Assembly (NCBI GenBank): GCA_009773165.1
Contig: WOUZ01000016.1
Location: 14,884-78,883, forward strand
Reading direction: 5' to 3'
DNA: 64,000 nt
Source: Bacteroidota bacterium
GTDB taxonomy: Bacteria; Bacteroidota; Bacteroidia; Bacteroidales; F082
Within the stretch, counting starts at the first letter, position 1. Each line of letters opens with the position of its first letter. A model generated the notes under the pieces. It saw nothing but the letters and a program-made list of their open reading frames with translations, was not told the origin of the DNA and did not search any database. Shown in pieces: positions 27,846 to 37,600 of the stretch. The position numbers and the translations under genes are program-made.

Positions 27846-27919
27846 GGCGAGATAGCTCAGATGGTTAGAGCGTCGGATTCATAACCCGGAGGTCCCGAGT
27901 TCAACTCTCGGTCTCGCTA
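27846..27919 (+). tRNA. tRNA with CAU anticodon (elongator Met, or Ile2 if lysidine-modified)
   Basis: Hand-folded cloverleaf. Acceptor GGCGAGA/TCTCGCT (G1-U72 wobble). D arm GCTC-AGATGGTTA-GAGC. Anticodon arm TCGGA-TTCATAA-CCCGG (A31-C39 mismatch). T arm CCGAG-TTCAACT-CTCGG. No encoded CCA. Confidence 0.85.
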
Positions 27920-27924
27920 CAAAG

Positions 27925-27953
27925 CCCTGCAAGCGATAGTTTGCAGGGTTTTT
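27925..27953 (+). terminator. rho-independent terminator after the tRNA
   Basis: CCCTGCAA-GCGATAGT-TTGCAGGG followed by TTTTT. Confidence 0.75.
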
Positions 27954-27976
27954 CTTTTCTACTGATATGAAAAGAT

Positions 27977-27984
27977 TACCTTTG
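27977..27984 (+). promoter_or_regulatory. Bacteroidota -7 box TACCTTTG
   Basis: TAnnTTTG 44 nt upstream of the rarA ATG. Confidence 0.4.
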
Positions 27985-28028
27985 TAACACAAAAAATAAA
28001 GCACATTTGCCGGCTATATCTGACAATC

Positions 28029-29312
28029 ATGAAACACCTGACACCTCTTGCTGAAAGGCTACGACCCGAAAATTTAGATCAGTACATTGGTCAGGAACAC
28101 CTTGTTGGTGAAGGAGCTATTTTACGCAGGGCTTTAGAGTCAGGAAAAATTCCTTCAATTATCCTCTGGGGTCCTCCCGGTGTAGGTAAAACAACACTTG
28201 CTTTTATCATCTCCAGACAATTAGTGAGGAGTTTCTTTGTGTTAAGTGCTATTAATTCAGGTGTTAAGGACGTGAGGGAAGTCATCGAAAAAGCGCGTAT
28301 GCTTCCTATGGCACCCGTTCTTTTTATCGATGAAATACATCGTTTCAGCAAGTCGCAACAAGACTCACTTTTGGGAGCAGTTGAAAAAGGACTTGTTACT
28401 TTAATCGGAGCAACAACAGAAAATCCCAGCTTTGAAGTCATTTCTCCATTGCTTTCCCGTTGCCAGGTTTACGTTCTCAAACCCCTGGAAGTACTTCACC
28501 TGAAACAACTTACAACTTTTGCGATAGAAATACTACAAAAAGATCATGCCATTGAAATTGAGTTAACAGAGGATGATGCGCTTCTACAAATCAGTGGCGG
28601 AGATGTGCGTAAGTTATTCAATGCCATCGAGTTGGTTGTAGAGATCATGCTCGAGTCTTCACAACAATCAAAAAGAATCGTTATCACAAACAAGGATGTG
28701 AAACATTGTATCCAAAATAATCTTGTGATGTATGATAAAGGTGGTGAAATGCACTACGACATCATTTCTGCTTTTATCAAATCCATTCGTGGCAGCGATC
28801 CCAATGCAGCGGTTTATTACCTTGCTCGCATGGTTGAGGCCAGCGAAGACGCTCTATTCATTGCCCGAAGGATGCTGATTCTCGCTTCTGAAGATATTGG
28901 TAATGCCAATCCCAATGCGTTGCTCCTTGCGAATACCTGCTTCGATGCAGTCAGTAAAATTGGTTGGCCTGAAAGCAGGATAATTCTTTCACAAACAGCT
29001 ATTTATCTGGCTACTTCACCAAAAAGTAATGCAAGTTATCTCGCTATCGGAAAGGCTCAGGCTTTGGTAAAATCAACTGGCGATTTAAGCATTCCTATTC
29101 ATTTAAGAAACGCTCCTACTGGTTTGATGAAAGATTTGAATTACGGAGTGGGCTATCAATATGCTCATGATTTTCCGGGTAACTTCGCCTTTCAGGAGTT
29201 TTTACCAGAAGCTGTAAAAGGTACCAGGCTTTACGAACCAGGCAACAACCCCAAAGAAAATGAGCTCCGCCATCATCTAAGGAATCTTTGGAAAGAAAAA
29301 TACAACTACTGA
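28029..29312 (+). CDS. rarA: replication-associated recombination protein A (AAA+ ATPase)
   Basis: Walker A GPPGVGKTT, Walker B FIDEIHRF, MgsA-type C-terminal helical domain. Confidence 0.9.
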   Translation: MKHLTPLAERLRPENLDQYIGQEHLVGEGAILRRALESGKIPSIILWGPPGVGKTTLAFIISRQLVRSFFVLSAINSGVKDVREVIEKARMLPMAPVLFIDEIHRFSKSQQDSLLGAVEKGLVTLIGATTENPSFEVISPLLSRCQVYVLKPLEVLHLKQLTTFAIEILQKDHAIEIELTEDDALLQISGGDVRKLFNAIELVVEIMLESSQQSKRIVITNKDVKHCIQNNLVMYDKGGEMHYDIISAFIKSIRGSDPNAAVYYLARMVEASEDALFIARRMLILASEDIGNANPNALLLANTCFDAVSKIGWPESRIILSQTAIYLATSPKSNASYLAIGKAQALVKSTGDLSIPIHLRNAPTGLMKDLNYGVGYQYAHDFPGNFAFQEFLPEAVKGTRLYEPGNNPKENELRHHLRNLWKEKYNY

Positions 29313-29377
29313 GGCTAGGTTTTCAACGTAACCTTTAGTGTCTCACAGTTTTGATTACATCAAACGACTTCTGATTT

Positions 29378-30262
29378 CTATTTCTCATTTTCTAATAGCT
29401 GCTTAGCCTCTTTAAGCCGTATCATCTCCGTTTCAGGAAGTTCAGGATAAGAAAGATCAATACTTTTTAGCCTGTTAAGGATGATTTCGCTCACAGCATA
29501 ACGCATAAAAGACTTATTATCAGCAGGTATCACATACCAGGGAGCGACCTCGGTGGAAGTATGTGTTAAAAGGTCGCTGTAAGCCAGCATATAGCTATCC
29601 CAATGTTCGCGCTCTTTCACATCGGCTGAGGAGAATTTCCAGTTACGGGTACTGTCTTCAATCCGTTTCAAAAAACGACGTTTCTGTTGCTCTTTTGAGA
29701 CATTAAGGAAAAACTTCAGAATAATTGTTCCATTTTCTGTCAGATGTTGCTCAAGATCATTGATTTGACGGTATCTTCTTTTCCAAAAAGAATCAGTAAT
29801 ATCAGCAATAGTCTTGATGCCAGGAAGTCGTTGTCTTAAAAGGAATTCAGGGTGTACTTTCACTATCAACACTTCTTCGTAATAGGAGCGGTTGAAAATA
29901 CCGAAATTACCACGTGACGGCATGCAGTTATAGGTGCGCCAAAAATAATCATGATCCAATTCGACCTCGGACGGCGATTTGAAGCTATAAACCTCCGTTC
30001 CCTGTGGGTTTAAACCCGACATCACATTTTTAATAGTGCCATCTTTTCCTGCTGCATCCATCGCCTGAAACACAAGTAAAACGGCATATCGGTTATCTGC
30101 GTACAATTTTGCCTGTAAATCAATCAGTTCTTTAATATTAGCAGTAAGAAGTGGTTCTGTTTCTTTCTTTTTTAAGCTTGCAGTGTACTCAGGATCGAAA
30201 TGACTTACCTGATGTTGTTTTCCGGGGGCTGCCTTCAAAATGTTGATGATAGATTCGCTCAT
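29378..30262 (-). CDS. ppk2: polyphosphate kinase 2 family protein
   Basis: FQAMDAAGKDGTI P-loop and PPK2-like lid region. Start moved to ATG 30262 (MSESIINIL...); the ORF track extends to 30361. Confidence 0.85.
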   Translation of the reverse strand: MSESIINILKAAPGKQHQVSHFDPEYTASLKKKETEPLLTANIKELIDLQAKLYADNRYAVLLVFQAMDAAGKDGTIKNVMSGLNPQGTEVYSFKSPSEVELDHDYFWRTYNCMPSRGNFGIFNRSYYEEVLIVKVHPEFLLRQRLPGIKTIADITDSFWKRRYRQINDLEQHLTENGTIILKFFLNVSKEQQKRRFLKRIEDSTRNWKFSSADVKEREHWDSYMLAYSDLLTHTSTEVAPWYVIPADNKSFMRYAVSEIILNRLKSIDLSYPELPETEMIRLKEAKQLLENEK

Positions 30263-30618
30263 GATGTTTTTTTTTACAAAGCTAAAGGAATTGCATTGAA
30301 AACAATACAAATACAGATTAAAATGATAAATAATGGCACATAATATTTCATAGAAATTCATTCAATTCATATTTTATTTCTCAACTGATTCCAATGAATT
30401 GAAAATGAAGCAACACGATCATGAATCATCATTGTATTATAACCTCTGATTGGTTCTCTTTATCAAATAACACGAAAATCTTAGTGCCAATTGAATCTAA
30501 TTTTCCAACAAATTCTGATTTAAAACAATTATCTGTTTATGGTATTTCCGGTGTAAATAATTCCGTAATAGCGACTTTCCCAAATCATAAGAAATCGTGT
30601 GTTCGTTGAAGTATTTTT

Positions 30619-30626
30619 TACATTTG
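30619..30626 (+). promoter_or_regulatory. Bacteroidota -7 box TACATTTG
   Basis: TAnnTTTG 63 nt upstream of ATG 30690. Confidence 0.35.
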
Positions 30627-30689
30627 TATGCAATTCAGTAACTGCATAAGTTACCTGTTTCTAATTGTAAATTTCACACCCAGAAATGT

Positions 30690-31793
30690 ATGAATGAGGA
30701 TGAAAATAAACCCAAGCGTATCGCCTCCATCGATGCTTTGAGAGGTTTTGATATGTTGTTTATAATATTTATTGATCATTTTTTTAACGCTCTGAATGTT
30801 GGGGTCCGTTCACCTTTCACACAAGCACTCGCAAAGCAATTTGATCATCCTGAGTGGTTTGGATCAACAATATATGATATTGTAATGCCGTTGTTTTTGT
30901 TTATAGTTGGGGCTGCAATCCCGTTTTCATTATCAAAGCGACAACAGCAAAACACATCTGTGATGGCTTTATATGTAAAGCTCCTAAGGCGTTTTGTGAT
31001 ACTCTTTTTTCTGGGTTGGATCGTTCAGGGTCATTTGCTCGATTTCGACATTACAACTTTTACTGTTTTCAGCAACACATTACAGGCGATTGCCGTTGGC
31101 TACCTTTTTTCAAGCATTGCATATATCCATTTCAACAAAAACCAGCGCATAATGATATTCATTTCCTGTCTGGTGATTTACTTACTGCTGTTGACCTTAC
31201 CAAATGTTCCAGGTGTTGGCAGAGGAGTCTTGCTCCCGGAAAGTAGCTTTGCATGGTATGTGGATCAGCTGATATTTGGTGATTTACAAGACGGTACGCA
31301 GTACACATGGCTGCTTAGCAGTTTCGGCTTTATTGCCACTACTTTATCCGGTGTCTTTGCAGGTGAGCTTATAAAATCACAACTTCCTCGTCGAAAAGTT
31401 GCTTTCTACCTTTTGGTAATTGGAGTTGGCGGAATCGCAGCTGGTTTGTTACTGGGGTTATGGCATCCCATAATTAAAAAACTTTGGACAAGTTCTTTTG
31501 TTCTGGCGTCATCTGGTGTCTGCTTTATGCTTATGTCGTTATTTTACTGGATTATTGATGTTAAGGGTAAGGTCAGATGGGCCTTTCCATTAAAAGTCAT
31601 AGGCATGAATGCGTTGGTAGCCTATGTTTTATCGCATGTATTCAATTTTCATATCATAGCCGAGATGGTACTTTTTGGATTAAAAAAATACGTAGGAGAT
31701 TTCAATTACCTCATTTTAACGATAGGCGGTTTTGGTATTTTGTACCTGATACTTTGGTATATGTACAAAAACAAGACCTTCGTAAAAGTATGA
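30690..31793 (+). CDS. polytopic membrane acyltransferase-like protein (DUF5009 / HGSNAT-like)
   Basis: 367-aa ORF. RIASIDALRGFDMLFI N-terminus and about 10 hydrophobic helices. Confidence 0.7.
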   Translation: MNEDENKPKRIASIDALRGFDMLFIIFIDHFFNALNVGVRSPFTQALAKQFDHPEWFGSTIYDIVMPLFLFIVGAAIPFSLSKRQQQNTSVMALYVKLLRRFVILFFLGWIVQGHLLDFDITTFTVFSNTLQAIAVGYLFSSIAYIHFNKNQRIMIFISCLVIYLLLLTLPNVPGVGRGVLLPESSFAWYVDQLIFGDLQDGTQYTWLLSSFGFIATTLSGVFAGELIKSQLPRRKVAFYLLVIGVGGIAAGLLLGLWHPIIKKLWTSSFVLASSGVCFMLMSLFYWIIDVKGKVRWAFPLKVIGMNALVAYVLSHVFNFHIIAEMVLFGLKKYVGDFNYLILTIGGFGILYLILWYMYKNKTFVKV

Positions 31794-32060
31794 CGAACGT
31801 TTGATTTGATTGGTAAATAATCTGATTAATTCAAGGTTAAAATTGATGAATGATCAACCTGCATTGAGTCCAACCATTTCAAAAGTTTATCTGACTGAAA
31901 ATTAATGATTAGCGGTGAATTTCAGCTAATGCTGAAGTATAAGACAATTAATTATTATCTTTTAATTAATTCAAAAGCTTTTCCGATTACATGTAATTGG
32001 AATACATTCGTCATAAACTAAAGAAACGCTGACTATGGTGACAATTGAGGTTACAAAAAT

Positions 32061-32089
32061 CAAAAAAGGTTACAGTAAAAACTGTAACC
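32061..32089 (-). terminator. rho-independent terminator after tRNA-Arg
   Basis: Minus strand reads GGTTACAG-TTTTTA-CTGTAACC followed by TTTTTTG. Confidence 0.7.
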
Positions 32090-32103
32090 CTTTGATTTCC
32101 AAG

Positions 32104-32176
32104 TGACCCCGGAGAGACTCGAACCCCCAACCTTCTGATCCGTAGTCAGATGCACTATCCATTATGCTACGGGGCC
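32104..32176 (-). tRNA. tRNA-Arg (anticodon ACG)
   Basis: Reverse complement is GGCCCCGTAGCATAATGGATAGTGCATCTGACTACGGATCAGAAGGTTGGGGGTTCGAGTCTCTCCGGGGTCA. It folds as a cloverleaf with anticodon arm TCTGA-CTACGGA-TCAGA. Confidence 0.9.
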
Positions 32177-32189
32177 ATTTTTGTGGGTG

Positions 32190-32197
32190 CAAAGATA
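32190..32197 (-). promoter_or_regulatory. Bacteroidota -7 box TATCTTTG (tRNA-Arg promoter)
   Basis: Minus strand reads TATCTTTGCACC, 13 nt upstream of tRNA position 1. This is the same TAnnTTTGCACC context as the other tRNA. Confidence 0.6.
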
Positions 32198-32288
32198 CTG
32201 AATAATATTTCAACCAAACAAGTTAAAAGGTAAAAAATGCTGAAATGCTACTGTATCAGGTTTATAGTTCACGTAATGAAGAACATAC

Positions 32289-34643
32289 CTATTTCTTTTC
32301 AAGGGTAAAGGTCCGATTTATGGCAGTTCCATCACCATCAACAACCGTAAGCTGATGGGTCCCCGACTCGATTTCGGTCCATTGAAACTGATGCGACTTT
32401 CCGCTTGTTGTTCCGGCAAAACGGTTATCGATATGCCAATAAAGAACTGCCTCAGGATTACGGTGAACCACCTCAAAAACCAATGGATTCAGTTGACCTC
32501 CAAACACTTTTGGCTGATAAATCACTGCATTAGGAGGAGGATACACAAAATCCATCCATGGTTTATCGTTAGAACAGCCAGCTTTGACAGGAGGAAGAGT
32601 TCTATATTCCGGATGGCTACGCCGGTAATAATGTTCCATCAAAGGAGGAAGAACAAACCATTTTGTAAGGATTGCAGAATCAGCCGGGAAGCAGTCGGCC
32701 GGAAGTTGCCACTTTTTCAAAAAATCGGTTCGCACCAGCTGATGAAACCTGCAAATATCAACCTCCCGCTTTTGGTGAAGCAAGGATGTTACAGCTTTTT
32801 TTTGCTCGCAGTTTGGTCCGGCCGGAAAACCTGATTGCGCACAAATCTGTTGATCAGAAAGCTCATTATAAGGTGGGTTAAACCATTGATTGGTAATGGG
32901 TAAGGCTGCAGCGACATCAAACAATACTGGAGCTGCAGCCGAAATTCCGGTGAGTCCCGGACGACCATGACCATCTGCATTTCCTACCCAAACACCTATT
33001 ACAACCGATGGGGTAAAACCCACCGCCCAGGCATCCCTGAAGCCAAAGCTTGTTCCAGTTTTCCATGCCATATTAAGTTCTTGTCCGTAATAGGTCCAGC
33101 CACTCTCTGTTTCAGGACGATTCAGAGCTCTAAGTACGTCGGCAGTGAGATATGCACTGCCCTCCCCTATCGGAAATAGTTCATCAATATCGTTATCTAC
33201 CAGCACTTTACCGAAATTGGCGTATATTTTCGTCAATTCCCAAAGGTTCACTTCTCCACCTCCGAGTATAAGCGACAGGCCATAATGGTAAGCCGGCTTT
33301 TTAAAAGTGGTAAAACCCAATTCCTGCAATAAATCATAAAAGCGGTTGACACCATAATCGCGTAAAAGATGCACGAAAGGCACATTAAGCGATCGTTGAA
33401 GGGCCTGGGAGGCCGGCACTGCGCCGGAATACTTCTCATCAAAATTTTTAGGATTAAATCCCGAAATCCATGAAGGTATGTCGGGCAAGAGGCTGCCGGG
33501 ATGTATGTAACCATCCTGTAATGCTGCTGCAAAAAGAAAAGGTTTTAAGATGCTTCCACTGCTCCTTTCAGCCTGAATCATATCATTGAACTGGTCCTTG
33601 GGAAAGGCCTCAGCAGGCACATTACCCTGATAAGCAAGGATATCTCCAGAGCGTAAGTCACGGACAATTACTGCGCCGTTACGAATCTGGTTTGCTTTCA
33701 AACTCATATGATGTGACATCAGCAAGTCTGCAGTAACTCGTTGAAAAACAGGGTCAATAGTTGATTGATATAAGCGATCCCCCTGTTGTTTACGCAGGTA
33801 TTCGAGATAATGAGGAGCTTTGTCAGGTAATGGTTTTGGCTCTGCTGGTAACGGTTCAGCAACCGACAGCTGATACGTAAGTTCATCTATTACATCCTCA
33901 TCTTTCAGCCGCTTAAGAAGATTATTGCGCCGCGCCAGAAAAAGCCCTCTGTTACGTTGCAACGATATGAGAGAAGGTGCGTTGGGTAAGATTGCCAAGG
34001 ATGCGGCTTCTGCCCACGATAAATCATCCGGATTTCGTCCGAACCAACGCCATGAAGCAGCTTCGAGACCGACTACATTACCTCCGTATGGCGCATTGGC
34101 AGCATACAGAAGTAGAATTTCACGTTTGCTTCGGAAGAGCTCAAGCGCGAGCGCACGCCATAACTCATTGATTTTCTCACCAATTGTTCGTTTTTGACCT
34201 TTCCTCGATATACGTATCACCTGCATGCTGATGGTTGACCCTCCACTAATTACTTTATCTGCCTTTAAGTTGGAATAAAGTGCACGCATGGTGGCGACAA
34301 CATCAATTCCCGGATGATAATAGAAACGCTTGTCTTCAAAGCTTAATAAAGCCTCAATGTATTTCTCCGGTATAGAATCTGGAGGAGGAAAGCGCCACTG
34401 ACCATCGGCAGCAATTCTGGCACTGAGGAGTTGTCCATTCTTATCTTTTAGAATCGCGCTCCATGGATCAGAAAAAAGTTTTCCCGGATAAAAAAAAGAC
34501 AACGAAATCAATACAAGCAGGAGCATCGCAATAACAATCACCATCAAGCGATTTCTTTTTCGATACCTTAATTGACGCCAGAATACTGTTATCCTTTTAA
34601 GTAAGGAATCAGGGCTATTTATGTTTCCGATACTGCTGATCAT
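32289..34643 (-). CDS. pbpC: penicillin-binding protein 1C
   Basis: 784-aa ORF. N-terminal TM, glycosyltransferase-51 motifs (EDKRFYYHPGID, GGSTISMQ), transpeptidase SxxK (SGSILKPF), long C-terminal PBP1C-type domain. Starts 15 nt downstream of the alpha-2-macroglobulin gene. Confidence 0.9.
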   Translation of the reverse strand: MISSIGNINSPDSLLKRITVFWRQLRYRKRNRLMVIVIAMLLLVLISLSFFYPGKLFSDPWSAILKDKNGQLLSARIAADGQWRFPPPDSIPEKYIEALLSFEDKRFYYHPGIDVVATMRALYSNLKADKVISGGSTISMQVIRISRKGQKRTIGEKINELWRALALELFRSKREILLLYAANAPYGGNVVGLEAASWRWFGRNPDDLSWAEAASLAILPNAPSLISLQRNRGLFLARRNNLLKRLKDEDVIDELTYQLSVAEPLPAEPKPLPDKAPHYLEYLRKQQGDRLYQSTIDPVFQRVTADLLMSHHMSLKANQIRNGAVIVRDLRSGDILAYQGNVPAEAFPKDQFNDMIQAERSSGSILKPFLFAAALQDGYIHPGSLLPDIPSWISGFNPKNFDEKYSGAVPASQALQRSLNVPFVHLLRDYGVNRFYDLLQELGFTTFKKPAYHYGLSLILGGGEVNLWELTKIYANFGKVLVDNDIDELFPIGEGSAYLTADVLRALNRPETESGWTYYGQELNMAWKTGTSFGFRDAWAVGFTPSVVIGVWVGNADGHGRPGLTGISAAAPVLFDVAAALPITNQWFNPPYNELSDQQICAQSGFPAGPNCEQKKAVTSLLHQKREVDICRFHQLVRTDFLKKWQLPADCFPADSAILTKWFVLPPLMEHYYRRSHPEYRTLPPVKAGCSNDKPWMDFVYPPPNAVIYQPKVFGGQLNPLVFEVVHRNPEAVLYWHIDNRFAGTTSGKSHQFQWTEIESGTHQLTVVDGDGTAINRTFTLEKK

Positions 34644-34658
34644 TAACCACTAAAGCAA

Positions 34659-37600
34659 TTACTTTCGTGTAACTACTGCCCAACCACCTCCTTTTGAAGC
34701 AACGGTCTGATTGTCGTACATGGCTTCGCAATGCACCGGTGGAAGCAGAAAACGTCCTTCATAGGTAGCAATAAGTGGCGTTGAAAACGTTCGTTTTGAA
34801 CCCGGCAACAAGTCAAAGTAATGAATCACCCTGTCATCCCTTACATCGGCATAATCAGCGTTAAGGTCAATCATTTCAACCCCTGACTGAATACGTTCAT
34901 TAATAATTTCCCAGCCCGCAGGAATCAGTTGATTAAGGGCTAAAAAACTCAGCTTATGATCGCTGGCATTTGTAACTTCGGTAATCATTGTAAAGGATGT
35001 TCCCTGTGTAAGTGACATAGGATCAATTGTTTGGCCATTTTCATTCTGATAAGTCACTTTTAAACTGATGCCCCGTTCAACAGAAACAAAAGTTCCGACA
35101 GCCTGCACGCCCGAAGTGGTGAATGTGAGGTATAAAGGATTATCGCCTGTATTCTCAACTTCAATTTTCGGTAGGTTCAGCTTCAGGGAAGTGTTGAAAG
35201 ATGCTGATTTCAAATCTACTTTTTCCGGTTTATCCTGCCGCCATGTAAAACTATTGATGCCATCAACAGGGTATTTTGTTGCAAAAAGTTGCCATGCATA
35301 CAGTGCATAAGCTGTTGTTTGTGTGCTTAACCAATCCTCTGAATTTAATACTGTTGCCAGCTCTGTCACCAAAGGAATAACAAGTGTTTTTTCGTTCAAT
35401 AACAGCAAGGATTCTATTCGCATCGCTTTGTCACGAATTTCGGAACCCATTGTCATATTTTGGCTGTAAAAATGGTAAGTTCTTTTTTGATTTCCCAAAG
35501 CAAGTTCGCGTGCAGCATTCTCTTGACCTGATAGCGCATAAGCAGCAGCAAGGGTTTGAGCTGCCTGTAGTGAAAGCATCGGATGTTCCCGCAGACGATT
35601 CATTGCATTCATCAGCGGTTCACCCTGTAAAGCAAGCACATACAGACGGTATGCCTGCAAATGATCGTTAAACAATTTATCCGCTTCTATCTCAGGATAC
35701 CAGGCATTTGCTTTTGCCCGCTGATTTTTAGTCCAGGAGCTCAAAAACATAGAAGGGACAGCCTTGTTTTCACGTGAGGCGAGAATCATGAAGTGTCCGG
35801 CATAAATATCCGACCATTCATTCACATAATTTGATCCGGGCCAGTAGTTTACGCTTCCGTCGTTTCGTTGACGGATGGCGATCTGACGTATAGCACTTTG
35901 GATGCGTTGATTCATTTCCTGATATTCTGCGGCTGGAATCTGAAGGATTTTTGCAAGATAAAGCTGTGCAAATCCCTGTGAAGTAATTTGTTCAGTACAT
36001 CCGTGGGGATAGTCGATGAGCGAACTTAGGCGTCCCTGAAGATTGACTGCCGGGAGCTTCGATACCTCCAATTTTGCCTGATGTGTTGCCGCTTCACCCG
36101 GAAACACAAGTTCCTCGGTGAGTTTCTGTCCCTTCTCAAGCAATCTGGTTTGATGTTGGAACACCCGAATATTAGGATTTTGAACAGCAAGTTCTATTTT
36201 CTGATTAGCTATATTTGATGCTTGTTTTGCACTGATTTCTATGTGTCCCGAACCTGAAACTGCGCCAGCGCTGACTTTAAAATAGGCAAGTTTCTCACCT
36301 TCACCTTCGAAAACAACTTTTTGAGAACCGGAACCAATAAGGGTTACAGCGCCATTCGCCTTGACTGTCACTTCGACTTCGTGTTTGCCTTTTACATACG
36401 AAAAGACTGTTACAGGCATAGATACCTCATCTTTTTGTCTCAACAAACGAGGTAAAGTTCCAAGCACCATCAAAGGTTGTTTCACTGCCATTGTGGTGGA
36501 AGCATTTCCAAATGCATTACCAGAAACTGCTACAACCATCACCACAACCGAGCCAATATAGTTATCAATTTTAAAGCTGTGTTCATTGGTTTTCCCTGCT
36601 TTAACCGTAACAGGTCCAATGACTTTCACCACAGGAACGAATCGTGATTGACGTGCTTTTTCACGGTCGGGTAACGACTCATCACCTCCGATAGCGAAAA
36701 GTTGCTCCATTTTGCCTCCGTAAGCTCCTAAAACAAAATCATACATATCCCATGATTTTAATCCAAGGGCTTCTTTAGAGTAAAACGACCCATGCGGATC
36801 AGGAACCTTAAAGTTTGTCAAATCCAGTAAACCTTCATCAACAACTGCCAACATGTATGTCATGGATTTTCCGCTCTTCTCCTTTACATTTACATTGAAG
36901 GATGTCCCTGTTTTTACCTCTGCAGGAGCCAAAACTTCGGGCAAAAGCCGTGATTGGGGATCTTCGACAAGCACAGAAGCAACACCGTAAGAACGGACAG
37001 GCATATCATTTGTAACCTGTCCAACAGGCTGAAGGAGTGTAATATGAACATAAATATTTGGACTATAATTGGTTAAAAGAGGAACATTCACTTTATTTTC
37101 GCCTTCATTTGTATCAATCCACCATGATTTTAATTGTTTTGTCCCATTTTCCAGACTAATAAGTGCTTTCCCTTTACCAGGCCCGCTGAAACTGATGATA
37201 GCTTTTTCACCTGTGACATATTTTTCCTTATCGAGGCTCATTGAAAGCAGGTTTGCCCCACCTGTGGCTTCCCTGTCCGACCGTGAATAACCATCAGGCC
37301 AGTCAACATAAACAACTTTTCCGGTACTGTGTTTTCCTTCCTCTTGGGAGATACGGATGAAAAAGTTGCCCCATTGCGGATGCTTTGGTTCCCAGGCAAA
37401 AGTTGCGCGACCATCCTGAAGGGTAAGTTCTTTTTCCATAATTTTCTGCGAATTATAGGTGCTGATATAGTCAGCGGAATTATTTTCATTCCCTGACCAC
37501 CACCACGACCAATCGAGCTTGAACACTTCCACTTTTACGCTTGTTGAGCCTGTTGGCCTGCCTTTGTCATCAACTCTAACGATATCAAAATTATGTTGTT